Below are positions 34,788 through 43,367 of a stretch of 64,000 bases of DNA, piece by piece. Under the pieces are notes generated by a model. That model ran no database searches. It saw only the letters and a program-made list of their open reading frames with translations, and was not told where the DNA came from. Within the stretch, counting starts at the first letter, position 1. The number at the start of each line of letters is the position of its first letter. A program made the translations under genes and the position numbers. Origin of the DNA: Elusimicrobiota bacterium (GTDB lineage Bacteria; Elusimicrobiota; Elusimicrobia; UBA1565; UBA9628); assembly GCA_016191335.1 (NCBI GenBank), contig JACPOW010000029.1, forward strand, positions 1,354-65,353, read 5' to 3'.

Positions 34788-35582
34788 CTATTTTTTGCCG
34801 TAGTTGGGGACCTGGTAGGCCGTCTCTCCGCACACCTTGACGAGGTTCGAGCACGCCCGGACGATGCCCTTGCCGTAGGCGAAGGCCAGGAAGGGATTGT
34901 CCGGGTGGCGTTCCACCCCGCCGTCGCCGCCGATGTAGGACCAGTGCGGCCCGGCGACGCCGTCGGAGCGGTCCGTACCGAGCAGGGCCAGCTCGCAGGC
35001 CACGCGCATCGGATGCCCTTCCGGCTTGACCGGGCAGCAGCGGCGGTTGTCGTCTCCCATCGTTTCCTGGCAGTAGCGCTCGTGCTTTGTCCCCTTATCG
35101 GTGGAGCAGACGATGGGCGTGGAATCGACCTTGAACCGGTTCCCGTTGCCGCCCATCAGTTGGACGTTGATGTGGTGAAGGGGAGGAACGTCGCAGTCCA
35201 TGGACGGTTTGCCCCGAGGGGTGTCCGGCTCCTCGTAGGTGTTCTCACCCTCGTCCTGGCCCTGCGGCCGCTGTCGAGGCGCCGCTCCGCCCCCGCCGCC
35301 CCCGCCGCCCCCGCCCCCGCCGCCCCCGCCGCCTTCGTCATCGCGGCGCGCGGCCGACGGCCGCGAGGGCTGACGGTAGCCCCGGGTGGCCTTCCGGACC
35401 GGGACCGGCTCCGCCGACGGCGCGGCCGCCTCCGTCGTGGTGGTCGTCGTGTTCGGGGTCTGGTCGGAGTCCTGAGAGGCGGCTTCTTCGGCGTTCTCGG
35501 CTTCTTCGGCGGGGGTCCGGCTCGGGAAGGCCGCGAAAGCGGCCAGAACGGCGCACACGGCCAGGAAACGGGGAGTAGTCAT
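34788..35582 (-). CDS. Secreted protein with poly-Gly linker and the same Cys-rich domain
   Basis: Signal peptide; TTGACA-17-TACACT upstream; LHHINVQLMGGN..VDSTPIVCS..CCPVKPEGHPMRVACE..NPFLAFAYG..ACSN..VC. Confidence 0.72.
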   Translation of the reverse strand: MTTPRFLAVCAVLAAFAAFPSRTPAEEAENAEEAASQDSDQTPNTTTTTTEAAAPSAEPVPVRKATRGYRQPSRPSAARRDDEGGGGGGGGGGGGGGGGAAPRQRPQGQDEGENTYEEPDTPRGKPSMDCDVPPLHHINVQLMGGNGNRFKVDSTPIVCSTDKGTKHERYCQETMGDDNRRCCPVKPEGHPMRVACELALLGTDRSDGVAGPHWSYIGGDGGVERHPDNPFLAFAYGKGIVRACSNLVKVCGETAYQVPNYGKK

Positions 35583-35652
35583 GGAGGGTCCTCTCGTGAC
35601 CAAAGTGTAGACCCCGGAACGAGTCCTGTCAAGATTGGAACTACGCCGCGGG

Positions 35653-38397
35653 TTAGAACGCCTCGTACTGCGGCTTCCACAGCCGCGAGAAGCCGATGGA
35701 CACGCCCAAGGTCGTGACGTAGCCCTTGTTCGGGCGCGTCTTGAGCTGGAACCAGTAGAAGTCGAAGTAGGGCGCCACCGACAGGTACTTGCGGACCGGG
35801 ATGCGCAGCTTGACGTTGAAATCGCCTTCCAGGCGGAGGTCGCCCGCGGTGTCCTGCTTGGTCAGGAAGAAGTAGTTGTTCCACAGCTCTCCCTGGAGCA
35901 GGGCCTTGGCGGGGCCGATCTCCCGGGAGAACACGGAGCGCAGGCGCAGACCGCTCTGGGTGTTCGGGGGCTCGCGGCCGAGGTCGCGCTTGATGATGCC
36001 GGAGAGCACGAGCGAGCGCACGAAGGTCCCGTCGAAGAACTCGACGCCGGGGAAGAGGCTGTACGCCTGCTTGCGGCGCAGGCCGAGGGCGGCCTCGAAC
36101 TCCCCATCGTACTGCAGGCCGAGCGAGGGACCCCACGAGCGCGCGAGCCACTCGCTGCGGATCTGCCCCGCGCGGTGGGTGCCGAGCGTCAGGAGCATGA
36201 TGCGGTTGGCCGCGAGGTTGACGGTCGCCGGCGCGTTGCGCGGCTCGATGCGGCTCTTCGCGTACTCCGCCTCGACGGTGTTCGTCCACTTGAACTCGCT
36301 CTTCAGGTACTCGGCGTCGGCCTTGAACACGCCGCCGACGAGCAGCTCGTTGAAGCCCTGGATGCGGGAGTTGGGCACCGCGTTGAACTCGTCGGAGCGC
36401 ACGACCTTGGTCTGGCGCAGGTTCAGCCCCACGTCGCGGAAGTTCAGGCGCCAGAGGCCCGGCGTGCTCAGCGGCGCGCCGGTCATCCAGTCGTGGTAGT
36501 CCGCGGGCGAGGCGCGCCCCGCCCGCGCGCGCAGCTCCTCGAGCACGGAGGGCCCGACGGCCGGCGAGCCCGGCAGCGGGTCGCGCGGCTCGGGCAGGCC
36601 CAGCGCGTCGGCGGCCGCGCGCGAGGTGGCGACGCGGTAGATGCCGGAGGCGTCGAGCGGGGCGCCGCGCACGCGTTTCTTCGAATCCGCGCCGGCGACG
36701 ACGAAGCGGGGGCGGCCGCCGAGCGAGCCGCCGGAGGCCTCCCTCCGGGACTGGTCGGCCGACTCGTCGATGAGGGCCTTGAGGCGGTCGCCCTTAAGCG
36801 CGACGACCACCGCCGCGTCGGACGGCCCGAGCCATTCGCGCACGTAGGACTCGCGGATCTCGCCGACGCTCTGCACGCCGAGGGCGGGCGCCAGCAGGAG
36901 GCCCGCCTCGGCCTTGCCGCGCTCGGAGAGCAGGCCGGCGGCCATCGTCCAGAAATCGCGCGCCTCGTAGATCGGGAAGCCGCCCGCGCGCTCGCCCGGC
37001 GTGAACACGGCGCGCGCGTCGGGCAGCAGCGGGGGGATGGTCGAGCTCAGGATCGCGAAGGCGTCGAAGGAGCCCTCGGGGTAGCCCTCGGCGGGGTTGA
37101 CCGCGTCGTCGAGGAACACGGCCGATTGCGCGACGCGCCAGTCCACGCGCTCGCCGTCCGGCGTGCGCGTGACCTCGACGAGGTTGAGGGCCGGGTCGTA
37201 GGCGCGCAGGGGAGGGAACGCGTTGGCGAAGACGGGGCGGTCGTCCTGCTCGACGACGCTCGCCGGCGGGGCCGTCCGGCTCAGGAACGGCGCGTCGTCG
37301 CCGACGATCAGGTCGAGGCCCCGCGCGAGCGTGCTGAGGCGCGCCTGGTCGGCGCTCGTCAGGTCGGAGAGGACGAGCACGAGGTCGGCCTCGGCGCGCA
37401 GGCGCGGGATCAGGGGCTCGAGCGCCGCGAGCGGGTCGAGGATCTTGAAGGCGGCGAGGCCCTGGGCCTTGAGGGCGCGCTCCGCGCGCGGCGGGGTGAG
37501 GCCCGCGACGGCCACGCGCACGCCCGAGGCCTCGAACACCTCGTAGGGCCGCACGACCGTCCTCGCGGAGTCCGTCGAGTAGACGAGGTTGGCCGAGAGC
37601 CAGCGCACGCCCTGCGGACGCGCCGCGGCGTACGCGGCCAGCTCGGGCCAGTGCTCGAGCTCGGAGGCCGAGACGGAGGCCAGGCGCAGCCCCGCCCGCT
37701 CGAGCGCGGCGAGGACGGGCGCGCCGTGCGCGTCGGAGCCGGCCGAGCCGAAGGTCCCGCCGCGCGCCAGCCCGGTGAACGGCGCCCGGGCCGCCTCGGC
37801 CTCGGCGGCCGCGCCCAGGCGCCCGAGCCCGCCGAAGGTGCGGCCGACGACGGCGACCGCCGCGTCGCGGCCCTTCCAGCGCAGGCGGTAGTACGCGGCC
37901 AGGCCCGAGCGCACGCGGCCCGTCGCCGGCTTCTCCAGGCGCGCGCGCAGGGCGAGCAAGGTCTCCCCATCGGGGCCGGTCGTCGAGGCGAACTCGGCGT
38001 CGCCGGGGATGAGGCGTACCGAGTCGGCGACGCGGAAGGTCTTCGGGTCGGCCGCGGCCAGCCTGAGCGAGTCGACCAAAGACTCGTCGGCGGGGAACAC
38101 GAACACGACCTCGGCGTCGCCCTCGAGGACGGCGGCCGTCGAGGTCTCGTCGCCGTTGGGCGCGCCGCGCCCCGGGGGCAGGCGGAAGCGGTAGTCCGGG
38201 CCGCCGAAGTACACCGGCACGCTCTCCACGCCGAGCAGGGCCGCCTCGCTCCCGGCGTCGCGCAGCACCCGCTCGAGCGGCTGCGCCAACTGGAGCGTCG
38301 TGCGCGTCGGCGTGTCCTCAATCAGCGCCAGCCGCACCGGGGCGGCGTTCGCAGCGACGGAAACGGAAACGGCGACGGCGAGCAGGAACGCGATCAC
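35653..38397 (-). CDS. Exported 5'-nucleotidase-like domains fused to a probable outer-membrane beta-barrel
   Basis: WLSANLV, PYEVFE..GVRVAVAGLT, LRAEADLVLVLS, LDLIVG, YRVATS resemble the UshA fold; C-terminal amphipathic strands end in Phe (QYEAF). Confidence 0.62.
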   Translation of the reverse strand: MIAFLLAVAVSVSVAANAAPVRLALIEDTPTRTTLQLAQPLERVLRDAGSEAALLGVESVPVYFGGPDYRFRLPPGRGAPNGDETSTAAVLEGDAEVVFVFPADESLVDSLRLAAADPKTFRVADSVRLIPGDAEFASTTGPDGETLLALRARLEKPATGRVRSGLAAYYRLRWKGRDAAVAVVGRTFGGLGRLGAAAEAEAARAPFTGLARGGTFGSAGSDAHGAPVLAALERAGLRLASVSASELEHWPELAAYAAARPQGVRWLSANLVYSTDSARTVVRPYEVFEASGVRVAVAGLTPPRAERALKAQGLAAFKILDPLAALEPLIPRLRAEADLVLVLSDLTSADQARLSTLARGLDLIVGDDAPFLSRTAPPASVVEQDDRPVFANAFPPLRAYDPALNLVEVTRTPDGERVDWRVAQSAVFLDDAVNPAEGYPEGSFDAFAILSSTIPPLLPDARAVFTPGERAGGFPIYEARDFWTMAAGLLSERGKAEAGLLLAPALGVQSVGEIRESYVREWLGPSDAAVVVALKGDRLKALIDESADQSRREASGGSLGGRPRFVVAGADSKKRVRGAPLDASGIYRVATSRAAADALGLPEPRDPLPGSPAVGPSVLEELRARAGRASPADYHDWMTGAPLSTPGLWRLNFRDVGLNLRQTKVVRSDEFNAVPNSRIQGFNELLVGGVFKADAEYLKSEFKWTNTVEAEYAKSRIEPRNAPATVNLAANRIMLLTLGTHRAGQIRSEWLARSWGPSLGLQYDGEFEAALGLRRKQAYSLFPGVEFFDGTFVRSLVLSGIIKRDLGREPPNTQSGLRLRSVFSREIGPAKALLQGELWNNYFFLTKQDTAGDLRLEGDFNVKLRIPVRKYLSVAPYFDFYWFQLKTRPNKGYVTTLGVSIGFSRLWKPQYEAF

Positions 38398-38446
38398 GAG
38401 GGGGCCATTCTATCAAACGAGAGGAAACCCGGGTGGGCGAGCCCTA

Positions 38447-38492
38447 GCCGCCGTCGATCCGATGTCCCGAGTGATATCGGATCGACGGCGGC
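38447..38492. repeat. Intergenic hairpin (17-bp perfect stem)
   Basis: GCCGCCGTCGATCCGAT...ATCGGATCGACGGCGGC downstream of prc. Confidence 0.7.
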
Positions 38493-38519
38493 GGCGTCAA
38501 CCCTCCGCCCGGCGTTTAC

Positions 38520-40835
38520 TTATTGAGTGACCGCGTTGCGGGAGCGGCGCTCGGCCTGTCCGACGGGCAGCGGCGGCGTCAGCGCGGTCAGGTCGGCCGC
38601 GATGCGCAAAGTCTCGTCGAGCACGGAGTCGGGCGCGTCGGCGGTCGTCCCGGGGCCGTCCTCGTCGTCGTCGACGGGCGCGGCGGGCGGGGTGGCGGCC
38701 GTCGCGGTGGACACGGCGGGCGCCTTGCCGTCGAGGATGGCCAAGGTGATCTCCTCGGAGGGGAAGGGCTTGTCCTTGCGGGCGGCGCGCTCCTTCTTTC
38801 GGGCGGCGGCGCGGTCCTCGTCGGTCTTGCGCTCGGCCAGGCGCGCCTTCTCGTTGAGGGAGAGGGCCTTGTCCTTCTTCTGCTTCTCCCAGCGCGCCAT
38901 GTCCTCCTTGATCCACTGGAACTCGCGGGAGGCGGCGACGCGGGCCGTCGAGGCCTTCGCCAAGGTCGACAGGCGCGCCTGCAAGGTCGCGCTGCGGTCG
39001 TACGGCGCGGGCTCGACCTCGTCGTAGGGCAAGGCGCTCTTCTGGGAGCTCTCGGTGGACTCGCTGATGTCCCCGTAAAAGGGGATGTGGATGTCGGGCA
39101 GCACGCCGCGGTGCTGGGTCGAGCCGCCGGAGACCCGGTAGAACTTCTGGATGGTCAGCTTCAGCGCCCCGGGCTTGTAGGAGCGGTAGGCGGGGGGAAG
39201 GTACTGGTTCAGCTCGAGGACGGACTGCACGGTGCCCTTGCCGAAGGTGTTCTTCTCGCCGACGACGATGCCGCGGCCGTAGTCCTGCAGGGCCGCCGCG
39301 AAGATCTCCGAGGCCGAGGCGGAGCCGTGGGAGGTGAGCACGATCATGGGCCCGTCGAAGCCGGTCATCGAGTCGGTGTCGCGCAGAAGCTTGATGGTGC
39401 CGCGCGCGTCCTTGACCTGGACGACGGGGCCGGCGTTGATGAACAGCCCGGTCAGCGAGACGGCCTCGGACAGGGAGCCGCCGCCGTCGCGGCGCAGGTC
39501 GATGATCAGGGAGTCCACGCCGCGGCGCTTCATCTCGCCGACGAGGCGCTCGGTGTCGCGCGTGGCGCTCTTGCCGTCGGAGCCGCCGCGCATGTCGGCG
39601 TAGAACGACGGGAGGTCGAGGACGCCGATCTTGGAGGGCTTGCCGCCCTTGCCGGGCACGGTGAAGATCTTGGCCTTGGCCTCCTGGTCGGTGAGCTTGA
39701 TCTCGTCGCGCACGAGCGTGATGACCACGCGCGTCGAGGGGTCGATCGCGTCGGCGGGGATGACGCGCATGCGCACGGTGGAACCCTTCTCGCCGCGGAT
39801 CATCTGCACGAGGCGGTCGAGCTTCATGCCGACGGCCTCGACGAACGGGCCGTCGCCCTGGGCGACCGCCTCGATCTTGTCGTTGGGCTTGAGGCGCTTG
39901 TCGGAGTCGGCGGGGCCGCCGGGGACGAGGGAGACGATGCGCGCGTAGCCGTCCTCGGAGCGCAGGACGGCGCCGATGCCGACGAGGGAGAGCTTCATGC
40001 TGATGTCGAAGTTCTCCTTCTGGGCGGCGGCGAGGTAGTCGGTGTGCGGGTCGAACACGCGCGTCAGCGCGGAGACGAAGGTCGAGAACACGTCGATGCC
40101 GTCGTACTCCTTGTAGCTGCGCAGGATGCGGTCGTAGCGCTGGTCGATCGTCTCCTTGGCCGTGAGCTCCTTGGCGGGCTTGGCGGCTTCGTCCTTCTTG
40201 GCCTCGGGCTTCGCGTCGGCCTTGGCGTCGGGCTTCGGCGCCTCGGCGACGGCGGGGGCTTTGTCCTTCTTCTCCTGCGCGGCCTTCGCGGCGGCGGCCT
40301 TGGCCTCGTCGCTCTTGAGCTTGGCGAGGCGCTCGAGCAGGACCTCGTGCTTGATGCGCAGGCGCCACAGCTCCTTGGCGTCGGCGGGCGTCGCGGGCCA
40401 GGGCAGCTCGTGACGGTCGAGGACGATCTTGTCGTCGTTGGTGAAGGTGAAGGTGGAGGCGGTGAGCGTCTTGACGAGGGCGACGCGCTCGTCGAGGCGC
40501 TTGAGGACGCGCTCGTAGATCTCGTAGGCCGCCTCGACGTCGCCGTCCTTGATGCGGTCGTCGAGAGTCGTCGCGTACTTGGCCTCGAACTCGTCCACGT
40601 CGCTCTTCTCGAGGATCATGTGGTTGTAGTCGTACGCCTCGATGTAGTTGCGGAGGAACTCCTTGGAGACGGCGTCGTCGATCGGGCGGCGCGCGTAGTG
40701 GGTCTGCTCGAGCAGGCGGCCGACGAGTTCGGCCACGATCGGCCCGCCCCCGTACTTGTCGAAGGCGGAGGCCGGGACCGCGAGGACCAGGGCCAGGGAG
40801 GCGGCGAGCAGACGGCGGAAGATCGGGGAGTTCAT
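38520..40835 (-). CDS. prc: Carboxy-terminal processing protease (Prc/Tsp, S41A)
   Basis: DPHTDY, GIGAVL, PDZ domain, IDLRRDGGGSL, SASASEIFAAALQDYGR, TFGKGTVQ. Confidence 0.92.
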   Translation of the reverse strand: MNSPIFRRLLAASLALVLAVPASAFDKYGGGPIVAELVGRLLEQTHYARRPIDDAVSKEFLRNYIEAYDYNHMILEKSDVDEFEAKYATTLDDRIKDGDVEAAYEIYERVLKRLDERVALVKTLTASTFTFTNDDKIVLDRHELPWPATPADAKELWRLRIKHEVLLERLAKLKSDEAKAAAAKAAQEKKDKAPAVAEAPKPDAKADAKPEAKKDEAAKPAKELTAKETIDQRYDRILRSYKEYDGIDVFSTFVSALTRVFDPHTDYLAAAQKENFDISMKLSLVGIGAVLRSEDGYARIVSLVPGGPADSDKRLKPNDKIEAVAQGDGPFVEAVGMKLDRLVQMIRGEKGSTVRMRVIPADAIDPSTRVVITLVRDEIKLTDQEAKAKIFTVPGKGGKPSKIGVLDLPSFYADMRGGSDGKSATRDTERLVGEMKRRGVDSLIIDLRRDGGGSLSEAVSLTGLFINAGPVVQVKDARGTIKLLRDTDSMTGFDGPMIVLTSHGSASASEIFAAALQDYGRGIVVGEKNTFGKGTVQSVLELNQYLPPAYRSYKPGALKLTIQKFYRVSGGSTQHRGVLPDIHIPFYGDISESTESSQKSALPYDEVEPAPYDRSATLQARLSTLAKASTARVAASREFQWIKEDMARWEKQKKDKALSLNEKARLAERKTDEDRAAARKKERAARKDKPFPSEEITLAILDGKAPAVSTATAATPPAAPVDDDEDGPGTTADAPDSVLDETLRIAADLTALTPPLPVGQAERRSRNAVTQ

Positions 40836-40841
40836 GGTGTT

Positions 40842-42800
40842 TTACCTTTGCGCGGAGCTGCGGGCGACGAATTGGTTCACGAAGTCTGCGTCATTTTGGA
40901 GCGTCCAGTCCAGGTCGGCGGCGTTGAGGTCGAAGCGGGCGAGCAGGCCGGCGGCCTGCTCCTTGGTGAAGCCGGAGGCGGCGAGGTCGGCGAGGATGGC
41001 GGAGCGGGTCTCGGGCTTCTTGAGGTGCTCGCGCCACGCGCGCACGCCGGGCTGATAGTCCTCGACGCGGTTGCGGACCGCGCGGCTCATCCAGGGCATC
41101 TCGAGCGCGATGCGCTCGTCGGGCAGGCGGCCCGCGACGGGCGCAGAGCGGCCGAAGGCCTGCTCGAAGTCGATCAGCCAGGGCAGGCCCTTGTCGTGCG
41201 CGGCGAGGACGTTGCCGGGGTTCACGTCGGAGACGCCGAAGGTGCGGATGAACACGGCGGCGGCCACGCGCTGCTCCAGGTCGAAGGCGTCGGAGTAATA
41301 CGCCGGGGACGCGTCGATCCTCTCCATGACCATGTACGAGTCGAAGCCGTTCTCGACGGCGAGCGAGGCGGGGACGCGGAAGTAGCGGCCGAAGAAGCGC
41401 CGGGCGAGGCGGCGGACGGCGACCTCGTTGCGGATGATGTCCCACTGCGCGATCTTGACGACGAGGGGGGCCTTGCCCGGCTTGGACACCGAGAGGATGG
41501 TCGTGTTGAGCTTGCCGGGGTCGTCGCCGTGGAGCTTCTGCGGGTTCTTGGCGTTCGCCGGGTCCCAGCCGAGGCGCTTGACCACCTCGCCGCCGCTCAC
41601 GACGGAGTCGTCGAGGCCGGCCGGGCCTTTGGGCGCCGGGCCGAAGACGAGGCGCGGCGCGGCGGGGCGGGCGGCGTCGCGCGCGGCGAGCTCGGCGAGC
41701 GGCGCCGCGGCGGCCTTCGATGACTTCAGGTCGGCGAGGGTCCTGCCCCACGCGGCGGAGTCGGGGCCGAGGCGGGCGCGCAGGCCGGACAGGAACTCCG
41801 CGCCGTCGATGCCCGCGCGGGCCAGGAGCTCCGGCGCCATCATCTGGTCGAGGACGGCCTTGGGGCCGCCGTCGGTCAGGCTGCCGGCGTCGACGATCAC
41901 CCAGCGCGTGCGCCAATGCTGCCACACGAGGTTGCCGCGCGCGAGGTCGGCGGTGACGCCCTTGGAGATCAGCTTGGCGGCGAGCTCGGGCCAGCCCTCG
42001 GACTGGGAGCGGGACAGCGCCCCGCGCTCGAGCAGCTGATGGGCCGTCGCGCCGTCGATGTATTCCTTGACGAGGACCGTGCCGTCGGGGCTTTCGCCGT
42101 AGAGCTTGGCCACGGGCAGGTCGGATCCGGCGAGCGCGCGCAGGATGGCGGCTTCCTCGCGCACGCCGGGAAGCGCCATCGCGCCGGGGTGGAGGAGCTT
42201 GACCGCGTAGTTGCCGTCGGCGGTCTTCCAGACCTTCGAGGTCCCGCCCTCGCCGGCGACGGAGCCCAAGGTCGTCTTCAGGCGGCCGACGCGCAAAGTG
42301 TCGCCGGCCTTGCCGGGCCAGGAGGGGAAGCGCTCGCCGAACGGGAGCTTCTCGCGCAGCGCGGCCCAGAAGCCGGGCTTGGCCTGGTCGAACAGCTCGG
42401 CGCCTTGCGCCGCGGCCTGCTCTCCGGCCGCCTTCTCGGGAACGGCGGCGGCGGAGGCGCGGGCCTCGGCGAGCGCCGCGGGCTTGGCCGGGGTCACGAC
42501 GGAGGCCGGCAAAGCGGGCACGGCGGCCTGGACCGGGACGGCCGGCTGGACCGCCGCGACGGCCGAGACGGGGACGAGCGACGGGGACGGGGCCAAGGCG
42601 GACGCCAGGTTCGGCCCGGCGAGCCCCGTCAGCGACGGCACGGTCATCGTCACCGGCGCGGGGGCGCCCAAGGTCGTCCCGATCGCGCCCGACTGCGACC
42701 CGGGAGAGGCCTGCCCCGACACGGGGCCCTCGACCTGGCCGGCCCGGAGAGGGACCGCCAGGGCGATGAGAAAGAGCGCCCGGGGGACGGAGGGTATCAC
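40842..42800 (-). CDS. Exported protein with two kinase-like domains
   Basis: Signal peptide plus Pro/Ala linker (ELFDQ). Domain 1: GEGGTSKVW, YAVK, KEYIDG, DLARGN, IVDAG. Domain 2: VVK, NEVA, DVNPGNVL, LIDFEQAF. Confidence 0.62.
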   Translation of the reverse strand: MIPSVPRALFLIALAVPLRAGQVEGPVSGQASPGSQSGAIGTTLGAPAPVTMTVPSLTGLAGPNLASALAPSPSLVPVSAVAAVQPAVPVQAAVPALPASVVTPAKPAALAEARASAAAVPEKAAGEQAAAQGAELFDQAKPGFWAALREKLPFGERFPSWPGKAGDTLRVGRLKTTLGSVAGEGGTSKVWKTADGNYAVKLLHPGAMALPGVREEAAILRALAGSDLPVAKLYGESPDGTVLVKEYIDGATAHQLLERGALSRSQSEGWPELAAKLISKGVTADLARGNLVWQHWRTRWVIVDAGSLTDGGPKAVLDQMMAPELLARAGIDGAEFLSGLRARLGPDSAAWGRTLADLKSSKAAAAPLAELAARDAARPAAPRLVFGPAPKGPAGLDDSVVSGGEVVKRLGWDPANAKNPQKLHGDDPGKLNTTILSVSKPGKAPLVVKIAQWDIIRNEVAVRRLARRFFGRYFRVPASLAVENGFDSYMVMERIDASPAYYSDAFDLEQRVAAAVFIRTFGVSDVNPGNVLAAHDKGLPWLIDFEQAFGRSAPVAGRLPDERIALEMPWMSRAVRNRVEDYQPGVRAWREHLKKPETRSAILADLAASGFTKEQAAGLLARFDLNAADLDWTLQNDADFVNQFVARSSAQR

Positions 42801-42846
42801 GAAGCCACTATAACAGGAGTTCGGAGGGCGCGCCAGGGGGAGGGCG

Positions 42847-43305
42847 TCAGGGTTTTACGACGAGGGCCTTCATCTGGCGCAGGAAGCCGAGCGTCGCCGA
42901 CAGGCTATTATAAGGAACGCGCACGCCCTTCTTGGACCAGCCGGTGTAGCCCGACTCCGTCACCCACTCGCGGAAATCCACGCCGACCGTGCCCTTGTGG
43001 AAAGTGACGCGGACGACGAGCTCGACGCCCATCTTCCTGGGCACGCGGACCAGCTCGCGGTCCTCGGCCTCGGCGGGCTCGGCCGGGAGCTTCTCGAGGA
43101 CGGGGATGGTCTCCTCCAGCACCCGGGCGTTCAAGGTGACCCCGGCCTTGGTGGGGCCGGTGTAGGCGTCGCCGGTCACGAAGGTCCGGATCGAGCCGTA
43201 GCGGTGGCCCTTGAACTCGTCCACGTAGAACTTGAGCTCGCTCGACTCGCTCAGCGGGATCGAGCCGAGGTCCTTGAGCGGCTTGAACTCCTTGGCGTCG
43301 GCCAT
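42847..43305 (-). CDS. Tandem PC4/YdbC-like ssDNA-binding domain protein
   Basis: Two repeats: DEFKGHRYGSIRTF...PTKAGVTL and TFHKGTVGVDFREW...WSKKGVRV. Confidence 0.68.
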   Translation of the reverse strand: MADAKEFKPLKDLGSIPLSESSELKFYVDEFKGHRYGSIRTFVTGDAYTGPTKAGVTLNARVLEETIPVLEKLPAEPAEAEDRELVRVPRKMGVELVVRVTFHKGTVGVDFREWVTESGYTGWSKKGVRVPYNSLSATLGFLRQMKALVVKP

Positions 43306-43367
43306 GTCGCATCCTAGCAAACCCCCGCCTTGACAGGAATCGGCGGCGGGCCTATCCTTGGGCGTTC

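Noticed and set aside
35286-35332. GC microsatellite-like tract
   Set aside because: Simply encodes a poly-Gly linker in the 34788-35582 protein.
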